Assembly: GCF_009914755.1 (NCBI RefSeq)
Contig: NC_060929.1
Strand: one strand, 5' to 3'
Origin: the human T2T-CHM13v2.0 reference genome, Homo sapiens
DNA length: 64,000 nucleotides
Every line of letters starts with the position of its first letter. The first letter of the stretch is position 1. The translations under genes and the position numbers were made by a program. This document shows, in pieces, positions 11,674 to 25,100 of this stretch. Under the pieces are notes generated by a model, which did not search any database, was not told the origin of the DNA, and saw only the letters and a list, made by a program, of their open reading frames with translations.

Positions 11674-14600
11674 TCTTTTATTTCCATAGGTTATTTTGTT
11701 TTATTTCCATGGGTTATTGGGGAACAGGTGGTGTTTGGATACATGAGTAAGTTATTTCATGATTATTTGTGAGATTTTGGTGCATCCATCACCCGAGCAG
11801 TATTCACTGCAACCAGTTTGTAGTCTTTTATCTCTCACCCCTTTCCCACCCTTTCCCCCTGAGTCCCCAAAGTCCATTGTGTCATTCTTATTCCTTGGCA
11901 TCCTCATAGCTTAGCTCCCACTTATGAGTGAGAACATACAATGTTTGGTTTTCCATTCTAGTGTTACTTCACTTAGAATAATAATCTCCAATCTCATCCA
12001 GGTTGCTGCAAATGACATTAATTCATTCCTTTTTATGGCTCAGGAGTATTCAAATATATATATTATATAATATATATATAAATATATATAATATATATAT
12101 AATATATATGTGTGCGTTTGTGTGTGTGTGTATCACAGTTTTTTTATCCACTCATTGATTGATGGGAGTGTGGGTTGGTTTCGCATTTTTGCCACTGCAA
12201 ATTGTGCTGCTATAAACAAGCATGTGCTAGTATTTTTTGCACAATGATTTTTTTTTTTACTTCTGTGTAGCTATCCAGTATTGGGATCAAATGGTAGTTC
12301 TACTTGTGGTTCTTTAAGGAATCTCCACACTGTTTTCTATAGTAGTTGTATTGGTTTACATTCCTACCAGCAGTGTAGAAGTGTTCCTTGTTCACCTTAT
12401 CCATGCCAACATCTATTATTTTTTGATATTTTGATTATGGTCGTTCTTACAGGAATAAGGTGTATCACATTGTGGTTTTGATTTGCATTTCCCTGATCAC
12501 TAGTGTTGTTAAGCATTTTTAATATGTTTGTTGGCCATTTGTATATTTTCTTTTGAGAATTGTCTATTCATGTCCTTAGCCCCCTTTTTGTTCTGATTAT
12601 TTTTTTTTCTTGTTAATTTGTTTGACTTTGTTGTATATTTTGGATATTAGTCCTCTGTCAAATGTATAGATTGTGAATATTTTCCCTTACTCTGTGGATT
12701 GTCTGTTTACTCTGCTGATTGTTCTTTTGCCATGCAAAAGCTCTTTAGTTTAATTAAGTCCTAGCTATTTATCTTTGTTTCTAATTGCATTTGCTTTTCA
12801 GTTCTTAGTTACAAAATTCTTTCCTAAGCCAAAGTCTAAAAGGGTTTTCCCAATGTTGTTTTCTAGAATTAGAATTTTTATAGTTTCAGGTCTTAGATTT
12901 AAGTCTTTGATCCATCTTGAGTTGATTTTTGTATAACGTGACAGATGAGAATCCAGTTTCATTCTTCTATGTGTGACTTACCAATTAGTCCAGAACCATT
13001 TGTTGAATAGGATGTCCTTTCCCCACTTCATGTTTTTGTTTGCTTTGTTGAAGTCAGTTGGCTATAAGTATTTGGGTTTATTTCTGGATTCTCTATTCTG
13101 TTCCATTGGTCTATGGGCCTATTTTTATACTAGTACCATGCTGTTTTGGTGACTATTGCCTTATAGCATAGTTTGAAATCAGGTAATGTGATGCCTCAAT
13201 ATTTGTTATTTTTTCTTAGTCTTGCTTTGGCTATGTGGGCTCCTTTTGGTTCCATAAGAATTTTAGGATTGCTTTTTCTAGTTTTTTGAAGAATGATGGT
13301 GGTATTTTGATGGAAATTGCATTGAATTTGTAGATTGCTTTCGGCAGTATGGTCATTTTCACAATATTGATTCTACCCATCCATGAGCATGGGATATGTT
13401 TATGTTTTCATTTGTTTGTGTCATCTATGATTTATTTCAGCAGTGTTTTGTAGTTTTTCTTGCAGAGGTCTTTTACCTCCTCAGTTACCAAACCCAAACC
13501 TAGAAGAAAGGAAATAACCAAGATCAGAGTAGAATTAAATACAATTGAGAAAAAAAATACAAAAGATAAATGAAACAAAAAGCAAGCTGTCTCTTTGAAA
13601 AGATAAATAAAATTGATAGGCCATTAGCAAGATTAACCAAGAAAAGAAGAGAGAAAATCCCAATAAGTTCAATTGGAAATGAAACAGGAGATATTACAAC
13701 TGACACCACAGAAATACAAAAGGTCATTCAAGGCTACTATGAACATCTTTACATGCATAAACTAGAAAACCTAGAGGAGATGGATAAATACCTGGAAAGA
13801 TACAACCCTCCTATCTGAAATCAGGAAGAATTAGATACACTAAACAGACCGATAATAAGCAGCAAGATAGAAATGGTAATTAAAAAGTTACCAACAAAAA
13901 AAAATCCAGGACCAGACAGATGGACAGCTGAATTCTACCAGATATTCAAAGAATTGGTACCAATCCTATTGACACTATTCTACAAAATAAAGAGGGAATC
14001 CTTCATAAATCATTCTATGAAGCCAGTATCACTCTAATACCAAAGCCAAGAAAGGACATAATTAAAAAAGAAAACTACAGACCAATATCCCTGATTAACA
14101 TAGATGCAAAAATCCTCAACAAAATACTAGCTCACCAAATCCAACAACATATCAAAAAGATAATCCACCACAATCAAGTGGGTTTCATAACAGGAATGCA
14201 GAGATGGTTTAACATATGCAAGTCAATAAATGTGATACACCACATAAACAGAATTAAAAATAAAAATCACATTATCATCTCAACAGATGCAGAAAAAGCA
14301 TTCAACAAAATCCAGCATCTCTTTATGATTGAAACTCTCAGCAAAATTGGCAGACAAGGGACATACCTCAATGTAATAAAAGCCATCTATGACAAACCCA
14401 CAGCCAACATAGTACTGAATGGGAAAAAGTTGAAAGCATTCCCCATGAGAACTGAAACAAGATAAAGATGCCCACTCTCACCGCTTTTTTTCACATGGTA
14501 CTGGAGGTCTAAGGTAGAGCAATCAGAGAAGACAAAGAAATAAAGGGCATCCAGATTGGTAAAGAGGAAGTCAAATTGTCATACTTAGCTGATGATATGA

Positions 14601-14772
14601 TTGTTTACCTAGAAAACCCCAAAGTCTCCTCCAGAAAGCTTCTTGAACGGATAAAATAATTCAACAAAGTTTCCAGATACAAAATTAATGTACACAAATC
14701 AGTAACTCTTCTATAAACCAACAGCGACCAAGCTGGGAATTAAATCAAGAACTGAACCCTTTTTACAATAGC
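11674..14772 (-). mobile_element. 5'-truncated, 5'-inverted L1PB-type LINE-1
   Basis: Minus-strand L1PB 3'UTR and ORF2 end at 11674-~13487, then plus-strand ORF2 fragments at ~13488-14772 ([14 protein letters not shown]; [18 protein letters not shown]). Perfect 13-bp TSD TGGTTTCTGCTTT (11661-11673 / 14773-14785). Confidence 0.92.
12054..12133. repeat. Imperfect (TA)n-(TG)n microsatellite inside the L1 3'UTR
   Basis: Direct inspection. Confidence 0.9.
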
Positions 14773-15642
14773 TGGTTTCTGCTTTCTTATCACTTCTCTG
14801 GCTACATGTACTTCCTCTTAAAGATCTAATGAGTCCATCCTGCTGGTGTTTTCCAAGTTGAAGTCATACCCTGGGCATGATGAGTACCTACACCTCATGT
14901 GGTAGATAGGCAATGGACAGAGACAATGAGTTGGTTTACGACGTCTTGTCTAGGAATACGCTAGAGTTTAGAAAAACAAGCAAACAAAACTTTCAATTAT
15001 GAGCAATTATCTAAGTTATTAAATTTAGATATTAAGATATCTAAACTATTTATTACTATAAGTTGTCATCTATTATAATGATGAAAATTAAGTTCTGAAC
15101 TATAGTTAATATTTAGTTATGAATTTGTAAGTAAAACAACTTAGATCAATTGGAATGTCACCAATTTTATTTAGTAATAGTTATGCTCCTAAAACTTAAC
15201 TTGAAGAGAATCTATAGCTATTGCATTTCCATTATGTTTTCCCAATGACTTTAGTTTGTGAGGACAGTGATGGCATCAATGTTTTTTCGCTTAATAGATA
15301 ATAAATGTTTCCTAGATTATAGAACATATTCTAAACTCTATTCTTTTATTAGAAAAGGAAAACAAAAGCATCCACAGATAACTTTTAATACACAAGTAGA
15401 AATGAGTGGGCCTGGCTGGTCCCATCCAGCAGACAAATCTAGTAGAGGGCTGATGATATAGAACATGCCTCTCTGCATGACCTAACCAAGGGAAGAGAGA
15501 TGTTGAACAGGAAATAAAAAGATCTGCATACTTACCCCCAGATATGATTTGCTAGCTGTAGGAGTCTTGTTGAATTTTACTTAGTTTATTCACTTAGGAA
15601 AAGTTTTTCCTACAAGGTTCACTTAAAAATTAACAAGATAAA

Positions 15643-15806
<164 letters not shown>

Positions 15807-16589
15807 TAAGCATGGCCAGGTTTCAGAACAAGAATAAACTGTGGACCCAGAACAGAGGCAAGGCTGTGTGGCACTCAGAGTGCAGGCTTCTGCAGACCTC
15901 TCTTAGGAACCCAGTGAAGGTGGTTCCAGGAAGGTTGGGATTTCCCTGTAACCACCCCTGCCAGGCAGGAGGGAGGCACAGACCAGAAAGACACAGATAC
16001 CCAGGGATACAGGAAAGTGGAGCTTCCAGGCCTGGAGGAACCAGGCGGGAACCCGCCCATGATGGCTCCAGACACAACAAAGAGTATCCAAGTGCGGGGC
16101 TCTTGGCAGTCAGGCACTGCTGGCCTGCCGATCACCAGCTGGCTTTAGTAAAATATGGGCAGTGACGCTATGGGTTGTGATTCACCCTCCAAGAACTGTG
16201 CTTGCAGTTCCCAACTGATCCAGCACGGAGCACAGTGCCTGTTAACAACCTGAGCAAGATAAGGATAATAGCACCCTGCAACTTCTCACCAAGGTTATTT
16301 CCCATCTCCACCTTACTGCCTTTCCTTTAATGCTCAGGGATTTTAGTTCTGTATTGTTATATTTAAAATATTATTATTTTGATACTAGGTAATTTTTTTC
16401 CCAAGAATTATAACTGTTAGTTTATTTTGTGAAACTGTGATTACCACAATCCTTGGACTTCATTCAATGTTTACCTGGATTCAGGACTCGATATCAATTT
16501 TTGTTTCTATCACATATTTAAATTGTTCACAAAGCCTGGAACAGAGTAAGTCCCTAGCTGAAAGCTCTCTGTGCTAAGTGATCTTGCAG

Positions 16590-16840
16590 AATACTCATTT
16601 TTCTGACATGTATGTTACAAATGCATTTCCGAGTTATTTGTTGGTCATTCGATTTTGTTTTTGTGATTGTTTTCTACAGAGGATTTTCCAGGTTGACATG
16701 ACTAAGTTGGCTTCTAGGTTTTATGCTTTACTGAGAAGAGCCTATTCCACCCTAAAATTGTAAAATAAATAAATTCCAAACATGCTTTCTTTTAAAACCC
16801 GTATAATTTTATTAATTTTTTAACATTTTAATCATGGTCT
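16590..16840 (-). mobile_element. Ancient L1 (L1ME-like) fragment
   Basis: Degenerate resemblance to antisense L1 ORF2 3' region. Confidence 0.4.
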
Positions 16841-16849
16841 CCTGGACTC

Positions 16850-16946
16850 CTTTTTTTCTTTTCTTTTTTTCTCCTCCTCCTCTTCTTCCTCCTGCTTTCT
16901 CTTCTTCTTCTCTATCATTTGTTCTCCTTGTTGTTGCTGCTGCTGT
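16850..16946. repeat. CT-rich low-complexity tract ending in (GTT)/(GCT) triplets
   Basis: Direct inspection. Confidence 0.8.
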
Positions 16947-17037
16947 TCTACAGAGAGAGGGCATCTCTGAACAAGACCGCTGAAGCTGAGAGCTGGAAGG
17001 AGCTGAGTGTCTTCTAGTCTCTCCCAGGAGGGAAGAG

Positions 17038-17106
17038 CTGTGCTGATGGACAAGAGGACAGGTTGGACACTGTGCTGATGGACAAGAGGACAGGTTGGTC
17101 ACTGTG
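17038..17106. repeat. 32-bp tandem duplication
   Basis: CTGTGCTGATGGACAAGAGGACAGGTTGG(A/T)CA at 17038-17069 and 17070-17101, one mismatch, followed by CTGTG. Confidence 0.95.
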
Positions 17107-17798
17107 GACTTAGCTGACTCCAGGTACCACATCCAGTGATCTTTGTCTTGAATATTAGTTACCTGCTCCCTTGGAGATGTGGCTTCTCTCTCCCTATAGA
17201 TTGTATGGATTTTATGCTTCTTACCATTTTTGTTTACGTGGACATCATCATGCAAGTCCTTACCTGTGCTCTAGATGTTAGAAAAATGAGAAGGCATGTT
17301 CATCTTGGAAAAATGAAGCCTAAATCCTAGACAATCTGGGGACTGGCAGCCCAGCTCCATTGCAGAGCCTGAGACTGAGTGCTGGGGAGTTACATGGGAC
17401 GTCACTCCTCCCCCACAGGTCTGTCCTTCCTAAGCTCCCAATCCAATGCTCCTAAGAGTAAGCCCGACTCCATCTTGCCTGTGAACAGGAAGTCAGTTGT
17501 TTGGTTTCAGGTGGATTTCTGCATTTCCCTTTTGAAGAGAGATTCCCAGTCCTCTGAGAAAGGGCAGGCAGCTGAGGAATAGCACTTGTCCCAGCCCTGC
17601 CCCAGGACACAGTCTCTATAAGACAAACATAACTCCTGAAGCCTAAACAGATCCTACTTTTAGTGACTGCAATAAGCTAACCAGGTCTGTTTCAGAACAG
17701 CAAACACCAGGAGGAATGCCAGGCTCCTGGTGTGGTCTCCAGCTCTTTCCTGCATCTTTCCAAAGGTGCTCACATTTACCTTATCTCGGCAGGTGCAG

Positions 17799-17800
<2 letters not shown>

Positions 17801-17829
<29 letters not shown>
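17801..17829. repeat. (GT)n microsatellite
   Basis: About 14 perfect GT units. Confidence 0.95.
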
Positions 17830-17832
<3 letters not shown>

Positions 17833-18643
17833 GCCAAGGGAGGAGAGGCAGAGAGGAGAAACTGTGTTCTGCTCCATGCATAGAAATTTAGAGAAATGGA
17901 AAGATGATGGATGAAGGATGAATACATGGATTATTGCAAAACTTTGATTTGTTTTTTACCTGTTTGCCAAAAGATTAGGGTGATGTATGGATTAGCATTC
18001 ACAACTTAATAAAGCAAAAGAGGTATCACTTGCCATAAGTAAAAGGTAAATGTAAAAGCAAATACACCAAGAAGTTTGGCCATGGCTTCAATCCTCTTTC
18101 TACTGCTAGTGGGGCTTGTATTCGAGATGTTAAGCAAAAGAATGAGATTTTTCTCATCCCTAGAGTTACTCAGGTTTTAGCATTGGGTAAAGGACTTTCT
18201 CTTACTATTTCAGAGCTGGTTTTTTTTAAAAAAAGACATTGGGATATGTCGTTGTCTTATTCTAACAAAAGACAGCAATGCCAAATGTTTCCTCAAAACG
18301 TTATTTTCTCCTGGAAGCAAACTCAAGAAAGAATTTCTCATATGGTCTTGGTTTGATGTGACAAGATGATCAAGTAATATTTTACAAAAGATATGAAGCT
18401 ATAGTTCGACCTTGAGATTTTGAGACTTTTATAATAAACATGCAAAAATAAGGGGCATAGGTGATGGGATTTTGTTTTCTGATAACTTTATACAGTAATT
18501 ACAATAAAAAAAAGAAGATAAATAGCTAACATGCCCATTAAGTCATCTGTCTAAAACATCAATCTTCTCTACTCAACAATTTTCTCTACTTGACAGTCCC
18601 TAGATTCTAATCAACTCCTGTTCAAATTTTTACAATTAGTGAA

Positions 18644-19060
18644 TGTTATGGACTGAATGTTTATGTTCCCCCAGATTTAATATGTTGAAGCCCTCATCCC
18701 CAGTATGGCTATATAGAGAGATAAGGCCTCCAAGGAAGTAGTTAAGGTTGAATTAGGTCATAAGTAATTAAGGTTAAATGTTCTGATCTTATAAGAGCAC
18801 CAGTTCTATCAGATTAGGTAAGGTCCTGATAAGAAGGGACCCCAGAGAGCTCCCTGTCTCTACACGTACACACCGAAGTGATGACAGATGGAGAAGACGG
18901 CTATCTGCAAGCCAAAAGGAGGGACCTCGTCAGCACCCAAACTCTGATGATACATTGATCTTGGACTTTTAGCCTCCAGAAATGTGAGAAAATAAATTTC
19001 TGTGGTTTCAGCCACCCAATTGATGGTATTTTGTTATGGCAGCTTGAGTAGCCTAATGCA
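18644..19060 (+). mobile_element. MaLR solo LTR (MSTC/MSTD/MLT1A-like)
   Basis: TGTTATGGACTGAATGTTT start; GATCTTGGACTTTTAGCCTCCAGAAATGTGAGAAAATAAATTTCTG; ends GGTATTTTGTTATGGCAGC...CTAATGCA. Confidence 0.85.
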
Positions 19061-19084
19061 CGAAATGAATAGATCATTATTTAT

Positions 19085-19236
19085 AGATCTTGTTTCACCT
19101 CCATCTTCCCCACTAGAATGTAAGATTATTGTGGACAGAGATTTCTGTCTTCATCGCTAATTGATGTATCCTCCGTGTTAATAATGTGGCTTGCACTCGA
19201 TTATACTCCACAAGTGTCTGTTAAATGAACAAATGT
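19085..19236 (+). mobile_element. L2 3' end fragment
   Basis: CCCACTAGAATGTAAG...TGTTAAATGAACAAATG resembles the L2 terminus. Confidence 0.6.
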
Positions 19237-19529
19237 TCCAGGACTGCAACAGAATCCTCTTCGAATTGTGCTCATTTTGCTCCTCTCTTTCTCTAACACC
19301 GTCCCTTCTAGCTTGCACCCCAGAGTGCCTCTGTTGCTAATGGAAGCTGTTTCTTAAGTTTCTGCAATGTATTGATGTTCAGCATAGTTTTTGGTGCTAT
19401 TTATATTAGATTACTGTTGTTAAATATATCCTGGTCAGTACTGGATTTCAGCTAGAAGTGGGAATCCATTCTTAGACACATATTTGTTATATTTTATACA
19501 TTCCTTGAAAAGCCAGCAATGATGAGGTG

Positions 19530-19670
19530 TGTTTTGGAATTGGGCTGTGCCACTTAGCACATGCCCCACAAGTTAGATTACTTAATGTCAGCACCTTTTC
19601 TCATCTGAAAGTGAAGATGGGACCTCCTTGGCAACAGCATGGCTGAAAGGGTTAAACAATATCTCAAATG
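19530..19670 (+). mobile_element. MIR fragment
   Basis: Degenerate MIR core (GCCACTTAGC...TTTCTCATCTGAAAGTG). Confidence 0.45.
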
Positions 19671-20085
19671 CGCAGCCTGCAGTTATGCACAAGGAGAGAG
19701 GCCACTGGAGTCACAAAATGCAACTTTCTTGTGAGTCTCATCTTCCTTTCCCATCATTTCTTTATCTTGTCTTAAGAAGTTGCCGTTCCCAATGTCTAAG
19801 TTGAACTTTAGTAAGTTGAGTACTTTAGGTTTAAGTTGGTTGGCAATTTATACACCAAAAACATCGCATTCCCTTGCATATGTTGGTGGAACTTCCAAAG
19901 TGAATATTACCACCAGAAAATAATTTACACATGAAAAAAATTAACAAATTATACTGGATGAAATAATAATACTTCTGTTTTACATACAGTGAACACTTTA
20001 TTTGTGATTGGCACTATGTTTGGTTCAGGGGTGCAAAATTAAGGCGAAACCAAAACCACAACCCCCACTGGAAGCACTAAACAGG

Positions 20086-20502
20086 TGATAGAGTGTGGCT
20101 ATTTATTCCCACCAAATCTCAAGTGGAATTTTCATCCCCAGTCTTGAAGGTGGAGCCTGAGTGGAAGTATATGGATCATGGGGGCTGATCCTTCATGAAT
20201 GGTTTGGGCCATCCCTTTGGTGATAATTGAGTTCTCATTTTGAGTTCACAAAAGATCTGGACATTTAAAAGTGTGTGGCACCTCTGCCTCACTCTGTTTC
20301 TTGCTCCTGACTTTGACATGTGACCTGCCTGCTCCCACTTTGCCTCCTGTCATGACTTGAAGATTCCTGAGGCTCTGCAGAAGCAGATACCAGCACTCTG
20401 CTTCCTGTACAACCTGCACAACAATAAGCCAATCAAACTCTTTTCTTATCCATTACCCATCCTCAGGTATTTCTTTATAGCAGTGCAAGAATGCCCTAAA
20501 CA
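20086..20502 (+). mobile_element. MaLR solo LTR (MSTB-like)
   Basis: TGATAGAGTGTGGCT start; GGATCATGGGGGCTGATCCTTCATGAATGG; CTCAGGTATTTCTTTATAGCAGTGCAAGAA near the end. Confidence 0.88.
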
Positions 20503-22074
20503 AGCATGGGAGTGGGTGGGAGGGTTAGAGAATGTTTTTTGACTCATTTTGCCCCTTCTTCATCATTCATGCTGCTTCCAGGAACATTTTTCTCCTCAGA
20601 GCACAAATTCAAAAACAAACCAACAAGCAAAGGAATAGTTTGTATTTACTATTCATTTTTTTGGTTTGTTTACTTTCAAAACAACAGTTTGTAGCTTCAG
20701 TGTGAGGGAAGCCATGGATGGAATTTTCCCGTAGTGATCCACAGAAAGAAATGACCAGGAGAACATGTCCACCAGGTACTGCCTCGCTGAAGGACCCTTG
20801 GCCAACCCAAGAGGGCCACATGGAGAGGAAGGGCGGTCCGCCACAGACCACTGTGAATGGCCATGCCGAAAGCACTTGGGCAGTGAAGTCATCTGCCAAC
20901 CACTCCAGCAAGAACACTCTGGGGACAGATGCCAGCCATACAAGGAACTGCTCTTCTTGACACACAAAAGAAAGCAAGAGTGGCATAGAGGAGATGCTTC
21001 AGCTCCTATAGTCCAGCACTCAGTAGGACTGTGCAGAAGAGAGCTCAACCATTAAGAGGTGCACCTGCAGGCAGAGGCCTGTCACATGTCACAGTCAACA
21101 AAAGCACAAAAGTGATGGCAAACCCTTGGGGGGTAGCCAGCCACATGCTACAGTGTGCACACCCCTGAGCAGTGGAGCCGCTGGAGATGGAGACACTGGG
21201 AGAGTTTTTACCCCATCATGAGACCAACTCTTAGACAGCAACTGGAACTTTACAAAGCTGTGTCTAGACCTACGCTACAGACTGAAGTCTCTATCGCAGT
21301 TCCCATGAGCAGTGAATTGGCAGCACCTCAACAGACGGCTTTGCTTTCCCACTCTAATCACGATCTGTATGACGGTGATAATGGTCATTTCTTTAGAGAG
21401 CCCATGTGATTTTTTTTCTTGAGGGCTCGTCAGTGTTCTTTACTTGAATTGATACCATATGGTCATCCAAGTGCTGTGATCTACCAGAATGATCTTTCTG
21501 TTGCCACGGCTCTGCAGCTATTGACTTTCCAGCTAGGTTGACAAGAGAGGTTCAATGTGCAAAATACATTTTAGTGCCTTCATAAGCATGTATTATAGTT
21601 TTCTATTTGGCATTGACTTAGAATTTCAGGGCAGGTACACAAGGTTACTCTCCTTGTAAATTTAGAGAAGACTCAAGAGTTTGTGCCCAAACCCCATGGT
21701 AGTAGCTCAGTGTGGTATTCATAGAGTTGGGCTTCACTGTGTCTGTGGCTGAGGTGGTGGGCATGGCTTAAAGATCTCACAAGATGTGCCAGAGTGCTTA
21801 GGACACAGTGGAGATTAAAAGAGGTAACTGCTATGATTGATGACCATTTGGGGATGAGACTTACCTAGTGAAGCTTTGTTGGACATGCAGCATAACTTCT
21901 CTTTTATGAATGTGTCTGCACCCATGGCTGTGTCTTCAAAGCTGGACTTCCTGTAGATGTACCCATCTGAAGGTGTGATGATTTTGGAGTGTGTTTTCTA
22001 AAGTCTTACTAACCACACACGTAGAAGTAATAATGGCAACAAAGACAGTTGTTGACCCCACACTTCTTTGTCAT

Positions 22075-22175
22075 GTTGACATTTACTATCTCATGGAAAC
22101 TCCGTGGGAAAAGTATTCTTATTGTCCCAGTTTTTCAGATAATAAAATGAAGGGTCATCCAGGTAATTGATGGCA
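22075..22175 (-). mobile_element. MIR fragment
   Basis: TATTGTCCCAGTTTTTCAGATAATAAAATGAAG resembles the antisense MIR core. Confidence 0.45.
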
Positions 22176-25100
22176 GATACAATACTAGCCTTGTGCACTT
22201 CTCTTCATCATAATCAGAGCAAAGAGGGCTGTGAGGTCAGAGGATGGGGCCAGGCATTTTCTTGGTACCTCTAAAGAAAAGTCTGCATCTGGCCATGCTG
22301 AAACCAAAGCAGTGAAGAGAGAGGCTGGAATATGACTACGGCATTTCTGAGTCTGGCTCTTCCAAGCTATGTTCTTGAATTTGCCCCGCTGAGGCCTTGG
22401 CAGCCCATGATGCATGAACTACTGCCTATTTGAAAATAGAGCAGTATCTAAATACAGAGAGAGTAAATCAAATGCGGGTAATTTCTGCTCCAGCCAGGAG
22501 GTACGACAGGGCTCCTTGACTATGAGTTTTGTTCTTTGTGATATTCTGACTTATGTTAAGAGGCATAAAATAAAGTTCAAAGAGGATTCTTGACACATTC
22601 CTCATGTCTCCTTCATTATGGTTCTACGAATTTCAACAACTTGGTATGTAGACTTCGTCTTTCACTTGACGTTAACAATACCATGAGTGAGGGTGACATC
22701 GCCCACCTCTGGTAAGAATGTATGCCTGGAAGTGAAATGCAATGGCACGGGATACTCATGAACCAAACTGAGCTCTGTTAAAACCAAACTGTGGAGCCTG
22801 AAGAGTGGTGAGGAGCAAGGAGTCTGAGACGACAAAAAGGGGATGAAAGGTGCTGGAGAAATCAGGTCAAGTCTTCATGTGTTTAAGAAAATAAGTCAAG
22901 TTTACTGTAAATAGGAGGAGGAGGACTGCTCAGTGGAACAGAAGTCTAGCACTTTGCCCTGAGCTCTGCACAGGCAAGAAAACTGCTGTCAGAGAGACAC
23001 TGAGCACGGAGCCAAAGAATGCACCCCTGGTGGCCTCTGCAGGCTCCTCAGATGGTTACAGGCTTGCTTCTAGACAGCGTGGCTCTCCTGGCAGAGATTT
23101 GGAATCACTCAGGGGCACAGGGGAATGTTTCCATGCAAACTGTGAGTGGGTCGAGTGTGGGCAACCCTTTACAGTGAGGCCTATGCCTCGCATTTGACAC
23201 ACCAGTGCAGCTACTGATGAGAAAAAATGGTTTTGACAAGTTCAAGATCCTTCCAAACCAGTCTCCTCCCCAGGCCTGAGGCATGTGGTATGAGAAGGGG
23301 GACGTAGACACTGACAGGGCCAAGATAACATAAAGCAGTTCCCTTCCTGGACCATCAATCTCCACGAGAAGCTGGGAGAGTGGACACGTTCACTGCTTTT
23401 CGTCATGGTACTGTTTCTTTCTTTCTTTTTAATCCCCTGTTAGTTATATGATTAAGGTACTTTTGCCTGACCTTGGGACCTCTCAACAACCAGTATGTTG
23501 CCTTAAAATGAATTCAGCTTCAAAACATTTGACCTATGAATATCCTCACCATTTAACCTGTTATACAAAGACCATCCTAACTCAATCACGCATTACCCTG
23601 GGCTGCCTTCTAGGAAACGCTCGTGGTGCATATAGGAGAAGAAAGACAAAAAGTCTGATGACACCAGATACAATCCCTCTTAAATATTTATTATTGACCT
23701 TCATTTCATAGTAAAGAATAAATTGCTGTTAATGATGTAAGTGGAAAGGAGAAACTAGTCTACATCTATACATAAATAAGGGCTGAGTGCACTAAAATAT
23801 CTGTTTTGTTGATGTATGTTTCATAATTCACTCTGCCTTCTACAAGACAATGTTTAAAAACACTAAGCATGCCAACTGGCATACAGCAGGCACTTAGCAA
23901 ACCTATTGTTGATTTTGGCACTTAACAACCTGCGTTGATTTTGAATAATTAATGATGTTTAATAGTGAATTTCTTTTGGATTACTTTGTTAGCAAACAAA
24001 AATGTATTTTAATTATGGTACCTTGCTGCTAAAAATAAGATATAAATTCTCATCAATAGGCAACCATTTCTTTGATCTCCTGTAGAGAAAACATTAATTG
24101 CTGCATTCAAGCTCAATATCATTTACCAGTGGCCAGATATACCCAGTCATTTCAACACTAAGGAAACAAATAAGTCACCCTTGACAATTTATAAACCTTC
24201 ACTCACAGATTTTCTAAACTCTTTTCTTGTTTTCTATCTGTTAAAGTTTTCTTCAGCAGGAATGTTTTCCTTTATAAATCATCTTGTTAGAGGATGACTG
24301 GCCCCTCCACACAGCGAGAACCAGCGGGGAAGCCAGGTGTGCAAGGGACCCTGAAGGATGACAAGAGCTGTTATCCTTCCCAGCAGCCCCAGAAGAAAAA
24401 TGGATGACTTGGCTTGCTAGAGGCTTGAAGGATAAGGAAACCTATGAGCTCTATGGAAACATAGGATTTTGAGGGATCAACCCCAATTAGGGAGGTGACT
24501 TAAGCCAACCAGCAATAATAACAAATTGTGAAAAATAAAATATCAGAAAGTCATTGGAAAACGAGGAAGAAATTTTTTCCCTTTATGGTTTAAGTATTAG
24601 AAAGCTGAGAGATCTATTAGAGAAGATCGCAAAGAGTCAATCTAAGCCACCATATTTTCTTGAGTTATGTTATGTAATCACTGTGAATATTGATGATCTA
24701 CATTTCCATTTGATTTTCAGCATTTGCTTTTTTACAATCTTTTTCTCTGATCATCTGAGCTAGCAAAATGAAAATATGCAGCAATAGGCTTAAGTTATAT
24801 TTTCCTCACACATATCACATGGAGATCCCTGTGATAATGTGAAGCGGAGATTGAAAATTGATTGAAAAAATATTAAGAAAAATACCACATCTGCACAAAA
24901 CCCTTTAAAAAGCCAAACATTTCCCCAGGACCCTATAATTGAAAAATAAGGTAAAGAAAGTCATCTGTCATGATGTTTTTAAAGATGAAATACTTGCGAC
25001 CTCATTCCTGCCTTGGTCGGCAGAAGCGTGCTCCTCCAACAGAAGCCAGGGGAGACCAAAAAATAACCACCTTAGCTTCTTAAAGTGTAGCTTCTAGTTT

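Noticed and set aside
13570-14465. ORFs resembling a reverse-transcriptase-associated protein
   Set aside because: Frameshifted, stop-ridden L1 ORF2 fragments, not a functional gene; likewise 29130-29714, an Alu/L1 chimeric frame.
17038-17106. CRISPR-like direct repeats (also 59204-59317)
   Set aside because: Head-to-tail duplications without spacers, no cas genes, primate context.
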